Assembly (NCBI GenBank): GCA_965223905.1
Contig: CBDCXV010000001.1
Coordinates: 1,152,001-1,216,000, forward strand
Length of the DNA stretch: 64,000 nucleotides
From: Candidatus Latescibacterota bacterium
GTDB taxonomy: Bacteria > Latescibacterota > UBA2968 > UBA8231
Direction: 5' to 3'
Below are positions 19,402 through 28,134 of this stretch, in pieces. The notes beneath the pieces are model-generated. The model did not search any database. It was not told the origin of the DNA and saw nothing but the letters and a program-made list of their open reading frames with translations. Numbering within the stretch: position 1 is the stretch's first letter; every line of letters starts with the position of its first letter. A program made the translations under genes and the position numbers.

Positions 19402-20011
19402 GATCGTGTCCTGGCTCGCCCATATCCCGCCGCGGCAGGGAGCCGCTTTTCAGGCCGGTCCATTTGCGGGTAACAATCGCGATTCAATCCGGGTGAGCTC
19501 ATCTGGGTGGGATTCTCTTCTCGGTTCGTTCTGGCCAGCCCGACTGCGATAATCCATTTCCGCACAGGAGCCAGGCATGGATGACAGGGAGCGGTATTAC
19601 TGGGACCTGACGGGGTACCTGATCGTCAAGGGAGTCCTCGGTCCGGAGGAGCTGCAAAGGGCCAACGAGGGGGTCGATTACTGTCTTCAACACCACGCCT
19701 TCGATCCGGTGATGGATTCCGCCCGCCAGTCGCGGGCCCTGGGCGGTTCGCAGCGGCGGGCCATCCAGGCCGACATGGTCCTGCTGACCCTGGAGAAGCC
19801 GCACTGCGATCCGTTCCGTGAGATGCTCGCCCACCCGCAGGTCGTCGCCCGGCTCAACGCCATGTGCGGGCCCGGGTTCCGGTTCGATCACGGCCCCCAC
19901 TTCATCGGCGGCGTCAAAGGGACGGAGGGCCTGGTAATGCACGGTGCCGGCGAACCCCACCGGCCCTACGTCGGTTACCACCACCAAGGCGGCGAGTCCC
20001 ACTGCCAGGGG

Positions 20012-21681
20012 CCTGAATCCGTGATCACTTCTATAGCAAATGGTCAAGTTTGATATTTAGCATGATCAGGCACTTCTCAACAGAGGATTTGGGTGTCAAC
20101 GACTCGCCATTACGGCTGATGCCGCTGTCGGTGGCTCTCGACGTCGGCTGGAGTCGCAAGAACGGGCATACAGGTGCCTTGCGTACGGCGGAGAGTCGAG
20201 TGCGGGTGAGATCGTCGCCTTCAGGTGCACACACGCAGGTAGGTCCGTCTCCAGACATCGAACCAGGGATTGAAACACCCGAAGCTGAGGCCGAAACGGC
20301 GCGCATGCCGGACCCAGCGGGCCGCTTGGTACATGAGATCGAGAAGGACGCTGCGGAGACGACGACGGCCGGCCTTTTTACGAAAAGCCACGTGCTTTTC
20401 GGGGGGCAGATTGCCGGACTCGCGCAGACCGATTTGGCCGCACAGGCGCAGAGCGTTGTAGGCCATCATGGCCAGCAGCAGCAGGAGCGCGTTGGTGGCG
20501 AACTTGCCCGACGGCAGGCGTTCCAGATCCAGGTCCGTTTTCAACTCGGAGTGGAATTGCTCGCAGGTGCTGTGCTCGCGGTAGAGCCGGATCACGTGCG
20601 CCGGCGGCGCCATCAGGTTGGTCCACCAGGTCTGCACCTCGATTTCGGGGATCAGCAGCGCCTGACCGTCGACGCTGATCGTGCGCCGCACGACCTCGTA
20701 AACGACGCGTTCGAAGGTGTCCTTGCGCTCGCACACCAGCGAGCCGGTGAAGATCTCCTTGCCGGGCCGCGGACAGGTGCGCTCGCCCAGGGCTTCGGCG
20801 TCCTCCAGCCAGGTCTGTTTCGATTCGCTGCGCAGGTTGCGTTTGACGATGAAGTCGGTCTTGGGAGTGCGGCGCAACTGCTGTACGGTGGCGATGTCGT
20901 CATGGGCGCTGTCCATGCGCACCAGCAGCTTTTCCTTGGTGATGCGGCGCGCCAGCCGCAGCGTCTCTCGAATAAAGTCCGGGGCTCCTTCCTGGGAGTG
21001 CTGACTGCCTTCGCGCAGCTGGCAGTTGAGCAGATACCCTTCCTCGCCCAGGTAGGCGAAGATCGGGGCAAAGCCGTCGACCTTCTTGTAGGTCCACGAC
21101 ACCCCTTGTTTTTTGGTGTGGGAGTTGTCGAACACCGACACGTCGATATCCAGCGCGATCCAGGGACCGTAGCGCCCGTCGGCGACTTCGTAACAGGGGG
21201 TGAGCGGCGGCGCGTGACGGGCCACCATGTCGGCCGACTCCTCTCGAATGGCGGTCTCCCCCTGTGCGCCCAAGCCATCGAGCCGCTGCCGCAGCGTGGC
21301 CGCCGACGGCACCGCATCCAGGCCCAGGGCCTGGGCGAAGAAGGGATCGGTGCGAAACGCTTCCACCGCCTCGAAATCCGGCTTGCCCAGCGCCAGCAAG
21401 CCGATCATCGACGTCATCACGTCGCCGTGAGAAACCTCGGGGCAGGGTCGCTCCGGCAAGAGGATTTCATCCACCCGCGCGGCCAAGCGCGTGCGTCCCA
21501 TCAAGGCCCCGATCAAGGCCAAGCCCGAATGCGAGGTCAGCGCTTCTTCGCCCTGCGTAACTTCATACGAAACCAGTCGCAATTCTTCACCTCCAAGGTG
21601 AGTGGATATCCTCCTCTAAGATAGCCCACATTCCCCTCGGAAAACCACCGAAAATCAAGCTCTGGACTTCACGGATTCAGG
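20012..21681 (-). mobile_element. IS1380-family insertion sequence (1670 bp)
   Basis: Perfect 13-bp TIR CCTGAATCCGTGA / TCACGGATTCAGG; 5-bp target duplication AGGGG. Confidence 0.92.
20221..21582 (-). CDS. IS1380-family transposase
   Basis: LTSHSGL, LDIDVSVFDNS, VRMDSAHD, CEQFHSELKTDLDLERLPSGKFATN. Confidence 0.9.
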   Translation of the reverse strand: MRLVSYEVTQGEEALTSHSGLALIGALMGRTRLAARVDEILLPERPCPEVSHGDVMTSMIGLLALGKPDFEAVEAFRTDPFFAQALGLDAVPSAATLRQRLDGLGAQGETAIREESADMVARHAPPLTPCYEVADGRYGPWIALDIDVSVFDNSHTKKQGVSWTYKKVDGFAPIFAYLGEEGYLLNCQLREGSQHSQEGAPDFIRETLRLARRITKEKLLVRMDSAHDDIATVQQLRRTPKTDFIVKRNLRSESKQTWLEDAEALGERTCPRPGKEIFTGSLVCERKDTFERVVYEVVRRTISVDGQALLIPEIEVQTWWTNLMAPPAHVIRLYREHSTCEQFHSELKTDLDLERLPSGKFATNALLLLLAMMAYNALRLCGQIGLRESGNLPPEKHVAFRKKAGRRRLRSVLLDLMYQAARWVRHARRFGLSFGCFNPWFDVWRRTYLRVCT

Positions 21682-22089
21682 AGGGGGTGACCGTCTCCTG
21701 GTTCCTGGCGGACGCGGGCCCCGGAGACGGGGGTTTCGCCTGCGTTCCCGGAAGCCACAAGTCGCGCGAGCCGATACCGCCGGGAGTGCGGTCGTGCGAC
21801 GCCGACATGGGCGTCGTCGAGCAGCCGGTGGTCGAAGCGGGGGACGTGCTGTTCTTCATGGACGGCGCCCAGACCCACGGCACCCTGCGGTGGAACGCCG
21901 ACCACGAGCGGCGCTCCATCCTGTTCAAGTACGCCGGCCGCACCGCCTCCCGGGGAGGGGCCTCGCGGGAGGTGTCCCGGCCAGAGCGCTACTGGCCCGC
22001 CGAGATCGTCGACGGCATGAGCGATGAGCAGCGGGCGGTGATGTTCGGGCCCTGCTCCGCCCCGGGGACGGACAAGGTGTTTCTGCGGG

Positions 22090-22145
22090 TGGATGAGGAC
22101 GGCACGGTCCGCGTCGACCGGAAGGACGGGTAGCCGATCAGGACC
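22090..22145 (+). repeat. 56-bp direct repeat (phyH 3' end), copy 1
   Basis: 50/56 identical to 23091-23146. Confidence 0.75.
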
Positions 22146-22325
22146 TTTGCTGAATTTGAACTACGGACAATGCTGGATAATGCCTCAGAATTGGTACCCG
22201 CCCACAATCAGGGGCGCTGGATTATCCATACTCACCATACAGGACAACCATGGCGTGTGGTGGTCGAGCCAGATCCAGAAGACCAAATCCTGATGATCGT
22301 AACGGCATTTCCTAAAGAGGTGTAA
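22146..22325 (+). pseudogene. 5'-truncated DUF4258-like putative toxin
   Basis: Frame reads FAEFELRTML..GRWII..PWRVVVEPD..LMIVTAF; lies directly before a DUF2283-like gene. Confidence 0.55.
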
Positions 22326-22327
22326 CC

Positions 22328-22597
22328 ATGAAAACTGTTTCTTTACAAATCACATATCGTAAGGGCAAACCATTCGCTGCCTATATTTACCTATCCCGCC
22401 AGAACGGCCAAAAAAGTGTCCGCACTGAAGTCATATCCGAGGATCTCCTGATTGACTACGCTCAGGACGAGACACCTCTTGGGATTGAAATAGTCTCTCC
22501 TGAAATGGTGAGCATTGACGAAATACAGGCAGTCTTTGATCGCTTGGGGCTTGGTAGACCATCACTTATAGAACTGGAACCACTTAAAGCAGCGTAG
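22328..22597 (+). CDS. DUF2283-like putative antitoxin
   Basis: AAYIYL..KSVRTE..LLIDY..PLGIEI. Confidence 0.7.
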   Translation: MKTVSLQITYRKGKPFAAYIYLSRQNGQKSVRTEVISEDLLIDYAQDETPLGIEIVSPEMVSIDEIQAVFDRLGLGRPSLIELEPLKAA

Positions 22598-22599
22598 CC

Positions 22600-22900
22600 A
22601 CCTTGCCCATCATGACTGACGAGAAGACCTCGTCGTCATACCACGTCTTCCCCCCGCTCGTCGAAAATTTCCGCCCAAGTTGGTTTGAGCAAACGTCGAC
22701 GAACCCATTGATCTGGGGACTGTTGACCCGCGTGGTTCGGTGTTCGATTCCTTCCAGCTGTAGAAACAACTCGTAGGGAAAACCGTCCTGCCCGCCCTAG
22801 TATTCCTGTCCGTTGTCGGAGAGGGCTACTTGGATGGAAGCCAAATGCTTCTCAAAGACCCTGCAAGACTTGGTTGTTGAGCAGCTGCCCCGCCGTCAGC
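22600..22900 (-). pseudogene. IS481-family transposase remnant
   Basis: YELFLQLEGIEHRTTRVNSPQINGFV preceded by a degenerate LSDNGQE motif; frame is broken. Confidence 0.6.
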
Positions 22901-23090
22901 GACAGCCTGTTGGGAAGAGCCGGGCCCAGGCGTAGCGGCTGTGGCAGTCAATGGCGGGTCCCGACGCGGGAGGTGTCCACGCCGAGCAGCTCGCCGGTGT
23001 ACAGAGTCTCGATGTGGCGATTCGCAAAGTCGGGACTGAACCGCTCTTGGGGGTCGGATTTACTGCTCGCTCAATTCGAGACGTCGCTCC

Positions 23091-23146
23091 TGGATGAGGA
23101 CGGCACGGTCGGAGTCGACCCGAAGGACGGTTAGCCTGTCAGGACC
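23091..23146 (+). repeat. 56-bp direct repeat, copy 2; contains the recombinase stop codon
   Basis: Diverged copy of 22090-22145. Confidence 0.75.
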
Positions 23147-24021
23147 GGGCGGGGCCCAACAGCGTGTCGAGTGGGCTCTCGATCCGCACCAGGTCCTTCC
23201 GCCGCACGTGGGTGTAGATCTCCGTCGTTTTGGAGCTCCTGTGTCCGAGGAGCTCCTGTATGTAGCGCAGATCGGTCCCCCCTTCGAGCAGGTGCGTCGC
23301 AAAGCTGTGTCTCAGGGTGTCCACGGTCACCCGCTTGCGGATTCCCCGCGGCGGCAACCGCACGGGAGAACACTTTCTGCACCGACCGTTCGGTGAGATG
23401 CCGTCCTTCCCGGGCTCCGGGAAACAGCCACGTCGACTGCCGGTACGCCTTCCAGTAGGACCGAAGATCCTCGAGAATCGACCTGGGCAGCAGGGTGTAG
23501 CGATCCTTGCGCCCCTTGCCCTGCTGCACGCGGATCAACATGCGATCGCTGTCGATGTCGCTCACCTTGAGACGCACGACCTCCCCCACACGCAGCCCCC
23601 CGGCATACACCAGGGCCAGGATGACCCGGTGCTTGGGATTCCGAAGGGAATCGAGCAGTCGCAGCATTTCCCGCTGGCTGAGGATTTCGGGAAGCTGGCG
23701 ACCGCCACGCGGCCTGCGCAGACCCTCCAGGGAGGCGGGCTGCTTAAGGACTTCCCCGTAGAGGAAACTGAGAGCACTGTATGCGATGTTGAAGGCGGAG
23801 CGGCTCACCCCGCGGTCGAGGAGCCATTCGAGGTGGGACCGCACCTCGTCATGCCGTTCCCCCCGGTAGTCCCGTTTCCACTGAAGGAATCGCCGGCAGT
23901 AGCCCATGTACGACTTCTGCGTTTTCCTCGCGTACCCCCTCAGCTTCAGCTCGGATTCGACCCGGTTCAGGGTGTCGACCTCTTCGTCGGTCAGGTCTGG
24001 ATGTCTCCGATAGCGCCGCAT
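23139..24021 (-). pseudogene. Tyrosine recombinase (N-terminal SAM-like domain plus XerD-like catalytic domain), frameshifted; putative cassette integrase
   Basis: [63 protein letters not shown]; one extra base in the C4 run at 23344-23347. Confidence 0.88.
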
Positions 24022-24216
24022 GGGCCCGGTTACTCCAAGGCAAAGGTTTGGCCCTGCCGTAGAGAAAGCCGTGCCAGTCCGACACGGAAACCCGAAATCG
24101 TCCTATCTGTCGCAACCGCAATGAGTTACGCCGGATATCCCGAATCGGGAAAATAGTTGCAACTGTTCACCCCGGCACGTACCATCGTATCAGATAAGTT
24201 ACACCCAGCGGCCATT

Positions 24217-24259
24217 ATCCGAACCATTTGTTCGGATGCAATCAGATATATGACATGGG
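24217..24259 (+). other. Putative attI-like primary recombination site
   Basis: Palindrome ATCCGAAC-CATTT-GTTCGGAT, then GATATATGACATGGG, which complements the right end of cassette 1. Confidence 0.6.
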
Positions 24260-24344
24260 TTGTCACAGTACCAGTGAAATTCGACAGAGGCAAAGCTGGC
24301 ACGGTTGAAATCATGAGCCTGCAGGCGCTGGAGAAAAAACTGAC

Positions 24345-24836
24345 GTGGATCGCGTAGCCGTATTCGCAGATGTACAGAATGTTTACTACACAGTTAAGCA
24401 GCAACATAATTGCCATTTCGACTATGGTTCTTTCCTCAGGGAGGCGACAGCCGGCCGGAAACTGGTGAAGGCAGCAGCCTATGCTATTGACAAAGGCGAC
24501 AGAAAGCAGGCCCAATTTCAGCAAATTCTGAAACGGCTCGGTTTTGAGGTAAAGCTCGCGCCTTATATTCAGAGAGCTGACGGCTCAGCCAAAGGGGACT
24601 GGGACGTGGGCATTACGGTCGATATGTTGGAGTACGCAGATCGCGTGGATGTCGCTGTCCTGGTTTCAGGTGACGGAGACTACGCGCCTGCAATTGACAA
24701 GCTAATCAAGGAATCCAAGGTATCCGTCGAGGTGTACGGTGTCCCAGGACTAACTGCTAGTCGTCTAATCGAATCGTCGACGCGATTTGTGCCAATTCAA
24801 GGAGATCTGTTGCTGCCTATTCCCACCACGTGGTGA
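24345..24836 (+). CDS. Cassette 1: NYN-domain (LabA/DUF88) protein
   Basis: VFADVQNVYY, KGDWDVGITVD, LVSGDGDY, VEVYG. Confidence 0.88.
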   Translation: MDRVAVFADVQNVYYTVKQQHNCHFDYGSFLREATAGRKLVKAAAYAIDKGDRKQAQFQQILKRLGFEVKLAPYIQRADGSAKGDWDVGITVDMLEYADRVDVAVLVSGDGDYAPAIDKLIKESKVSVEVYGVPGLTASRLIESSTRFVPIQGDLLLPIPTTW

Positions 24837-24926
24837 CGTGGAAGCGACACTGTTTGCAAAGCCATGCACGCTAACGCACTCTCGCGTCGCTACCTCTCCG
24901 CGTTGATCAGCCTTGGAGCAATCATA

Positions 24927-25030
24927 CCCACGTCATATATCACAGCAATTCACGCTGCCGCCATTCGGCGCTTGGCCTTCGGCAAGTCGCTTTCGCGACT
25001 TCGTGAATTGTGAGAACGTTATGTGACATG
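24927..25030 (+). repeat. attC-like cassette site 1
   Basis: GTCATATATC-N4-CAATTCACG...CTTGGCCTTCGGCAA...CGTGAATTG-N7-GTTATGTGAC. Confidence 0.8.
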
Positions 25031-25065
25031 CGAAAACCTGCTATTCTGTTCAGTATAGAAGCCGA

Positions 25066-25954
25066 ATGATCCTCAGAATCTTCATTGCCCTGTTCACTGC
25101 TCAAGTATGGTCACTACCCCAGAGCCAGGCTTGTACGCTAGAGGACAGCGCTATTATCCACAGAATTCAAAGTACCGACGTACTTGTGGAAGCCACTGTG
25201 CTGTCAACGGTGAAGGATACACTAGGTGCATACATCGTACCTAGGGAAGCAACGCTTTCCGTCCAACGGGCTCTAGTGGGTGGCCCGCTATCGGAAGTCA
25301 TACACATGGAGCTCGACTCAACGCTCACCGAATTTTCCTCCTGTCTCGATTTGTATCAGGGCTACGAGGAAGGTGACCATTTTCTTGTCTTCCTCAGTAG
25401 AAAGAAGGATCTGGACGTTTTCTGGGCAGCACCCCACGTTCGTCCCTGGGTCGTTGACTACGATCCTGTGGATCCGTCTATACTTGCTAGATACATAGAA
25501 CAGACCGTTGCGCAGGAGGTAGAGCCTATCGCCTTCAGCTTTGAGGGGCCAGACACGGTTGTCGCCGGGGCCCAATTCAGATCTCGACTCACTATCACGG
25601 AACCGTTTCGACGAAACGCTGAGGGTTAGGATACCTGCAGAGAGGACCCTAGAAACCAGTTTTGAGTTCACTTTCTTGATACAAAATCCTGACGGAGATC
25701 GCTTTCCAGCTGATCACCCAATACTAGTTACAATTAAGCCCGGCGAAACCAAGACTGTTGAGTTGGACGACGCCTTTGAGAAAGTGCCGGAAGGTCATTT
25801 CAAGTATGAGGGAACATTGTGGTTGCCCGGCAACAAGGATCACTCAATCGCATACCACAACCGACTGTTTTCCAGGTGGATGTCTGCTCTACCCACCTCT
25901 GTCGAGCCTTCTTCTTGGGGCAATGTCAAGCATAGTTACTCGTCTTCGCCATGA
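25066..25954 (+). CDS. Cassette 2: secreted hypothetical protein, frameshift near 25600, C-terminal PTSVEPSSWGNVK motif
   Basis: Signal-peptide-like N terminus; ORFs 25066-25629 and 25541-25954 join with a 1-nt indel. Confidence 0.6.
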
Positions 25955-25962
25955 CCTGTAAA

Positions 25963-26066
25963 CACGTCACATAACACCTCGGTTTGCGCTTCGGCGCTGA
26001 ACGCGCCTCGACCTTCGGCAACCCCTTTGGGGTTCGCAAACCGGAGAACGTTAAATGAACATGGGA
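25963..26066 (+). repeat. attC-like cassette site 2
   Basis: GTCACATAAC-N4-CGGTTTGCG...CTCGACCTTCGGCAA...CGCAAACCG-N6-GTTAAATGAA. Confidence 0.82.
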
Positions 26067-26128
26067 AAAACGGTTTTATTGCAGTCTATTACACTATATA
26101 CACCGGACATCTAACGAGTGTTTTAACT

Positions 26129-27121
26129 ATGGATATAGAACTTCGGAAAATAGTCTCTGCTATTAGAGATTATGCCGTAGAAAAATTCAGTGATGCAGAG
26201 TGGGTCGATTTTGGGTACGTAACCGAGGCTTCAGATTTGATTGAAAACCATCCTCGACTTTTGAGATCACTTGCTTTTAATGACGATGATTACAGCTACT
26301 GTGCTACACAGGTCGTAAATGAGGCACTGGAAGAGCGCCCCGAGAAAATTCAGGAAGTTGTAGAACACTTTGGCGTCGATCTTTGGCTTGAGGAAAAAGA
26401 TGAACGTCGCCATCAGAGAGTATTTACGGAAACCCGACCGCTTGTTCCTTCCCCACGCTTCTGGCGGGAGGGGTATTTCCGACTCTTCATCAGCCATTTA
26501 GCGGATCACAAAGCCAATGTCCAAAGGCTTAAGCGGGAACTGGAGAAGTGGGGAGTATCTGCATTCGTTGCCCACACAGATATTGAGCCCACTCGAGAGT
26601 GGCAATTGGAGATCGAAGCAGCACTCTTTTCGATGGATGCAATGCTTCCAGTATTGATGCCAGGATTTAAAGAGTCAAACTGGACAGACCAGGAAGTCGG
26701 TGTAGCAATTGGCCTTAGGAAACTTATTATTCCGGCTCGACGAGGTATAGATCCCTACGGATTTATAGGAAAATATCAAGGTTTTCAGGCAGATGGAAGG
26801 ACTGTCGGACAAGTAGCTGAAGATGTCGTTAAAATTCTGCTTAAGAGCGAAAAGACGCGAGCCCAGATAGTTAGAGGTTTATCAGCGCGGATTAAAGTTG
26901 AAGTCAACGATCAGGTTGTTACCTCACGCTTAAAATTGATTGATGAGTTGAAAATTTGGAGCAAAGAGCAGGTAAAAGAGATTCTTGAAAGCGTTCTCAT
27001 CCGAGGTGGTGAGATGGCAGAAGACGTACAGGTAGCCTTCAATGATCTACAGGCTTCGCATGGCGTTGTTATAGTGCCACCGAAAGTAACAGCCTTTGAT
27101 GACGATGACCTTCCTTTCTGA
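26129..27121 (+). CDS. Cassette 3: TIR-domain protein with AbiJ-N-terminal-like domain
   Basis: HPRLLRSLAFNDDDY N-domain; TIR motifs RLFISH, AFVAHTDIEPTREW, SNWTDQEVG; AT-rich. Confidence 0.82.
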   Translation: MDIELRKIVSAIRDYAVEKFSDAEWVDFGYVTEASDLIENHPRLLRSLAFNDDDYSYCATQVVNEALEERPEKIQEVVEHFGVDLWLEEKDERRHQRVFTETRPLVPSPRFWREGYFRLFISHLADHKANVQRLKRELEKWGVSAFVAHTDIEPTREWQLEIEAALFSMDAMLPVLMPGFKESNWTDQEVGVAIGLRKLIIPARRGIDPYGFIGKYQGFQADGRTVGQVAEDVVKILLKSEKTRAQIVRGLSARIKVEVNDQVVTSRLKLIDELKIWSKEQVKEILESVLIRGGEMAEDVQVAFNDLQASHGVVIVPPKVTAFDDDDLPF

Positions 27122-27134
27122 CAGCAAGAATATA

Positions 27135-27244
27135 TCCCACGTCATTTAACATCCCGTTGACGCAGCGCCGCCATACGGCGGCTTGGCCTTCGGCACCCTG
27201 GCTACGCCAGGGTCGTCAACGGAAGAACCGTTATACGAACTGAG
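27135..27244 (+). repeat. attC-like cassette site 3
   Basis: GTCATTTAAC-N3-CCGTTGACG...CTTGGCCTTCGGCAC...CGTCAACGG-N7-GTTATACGAA. Confidence 0.82.
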
Positions 27245-27291
27245 AAAACCGACCATCGTGAATCCGACGCGAATCAGACAAGGGTTTACGA

Positions 27292-28011
27292 ATGATCCTT
27301 GAAGCATTGAATGATCTTTTCACATCAGAATTGCTGGCTGCCCACCCTGAAGAATGGGGCGTGACCGATCATTGTGATGCGCCTTCCGGCGTAGGGTACG
27401 CGACCACGATTACGCCGAGGGCAATTTCGACGGCACTCGACCGCGGTGCCGACGTAATTGTCACGCATCATGACGCCTGGGATTTTATGTATGGACAAAG
27501 AGAGAAGGTATACGATCTCTTACGCGACAACAGCCTGACCCATGTGTGGGCCCGACTGCCGTTGGACCAGTCGGACTTTGGCACATCGGCCACGCTTCTC
27601 TCGAAAATTGGCTGCGTGGAGGTCTGTAAGCCATCGAAAGGTGAAGTACGCCTTGGTGAACTGGATGAATCAACTGACTTCGAGGCGATCCGTTTGAAGC
27701 TCGATTCCCTATTGCAGGACCAACCACGTAGCCTCCATGATTCGGGTCGAGCCATCCGCAGAATAGGCTGCGTGACTGGGGCTGGCGTCTACACGAGTTA
27801 CCTCAAGGATGCGATGCCCCATGGTATTGACCTTTATCTGACAGGAGAGACTAGCCTTTACTTATTGGAGTGTGCCGTCCACCTTGGACTCAGCGCCCTG
27901 GTTTACTCCCACAACTATACCGAGTTGCCAGGAGTCCATATGTTCGCAGAGCGTTTTTGCCAAGCTCTTCAACTCGAGATGAAGGGACACCTCGGTGACT
28001 CTCACTTCTGA
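27292..28011 (+). CDS. Cassette 4: Nif3-like dinuclear metal-centre protein
   Basis: DVIVTHH, LPLD, IGCVTGAG, YLTGE, SHNYTE. Confidence 0.8.
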   Translation: MILEALNDLFTSELLAAHPEEWGVTDHCDAPSGVGYATTITPRAISTALDRGADVIVTHHDAWDFMYGQREKVYDLLRDNSLTHVWARLPLDQSDFGTSATLLSKIGCVEVCKPSKGEVRLGELDESTDFEAIRLKLDSLLQDQPRSLHDSGRAIRRIGCVTGAGVYTSYLKDAMPHGIDLYLTGETSLYLLECAVHLGLSALVYSHNYTELPGVHMFAERFCQALQLEMKGHLGDSHF

Positions 28012-28024
28012 TTCGGGCGAGCGA

Positions 28025-28127
28025 CTCAATTCGTAACACCGCGGTGTTGCGCTGCGCCGCTGTCGCTCCTTGGCCTCCGGCAAGCCGGCAACGCCAGGTT
28101 CGCAAACCGTGAGACGTTATATGGAAT
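28025..28127 (+). repeat. attC-like cassette site 4 (partly degenerate)
   Basis: TTCGTAAC-N4-CGGTGTTGCG...CTTGGCCTCCGGCAA...CGCAAACCG-N6-GTTATATGG. Confidence 0.75.
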
Positions 28128-28134
28128 ATCTGAA

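Larger units (their letters stand above)
19577..22133 (+). pseudogene. PhyH-family dioxygenase split by an IS1380-family IS
   Basis: N-part 19577-20011 and C-part 21687-22133 rejoin as HCQGVTVSW, matching HCRGVTVAW of the upstream paralog. Confidence 0.88.

Noticed and set aside
23139-28127. Class 1-type or other canonical IntI integron
   Set aside because: The recombinase lacks the IntI-specific insertion and the sites lack the usual extrahelical-base pattern; kept as integron-like only.
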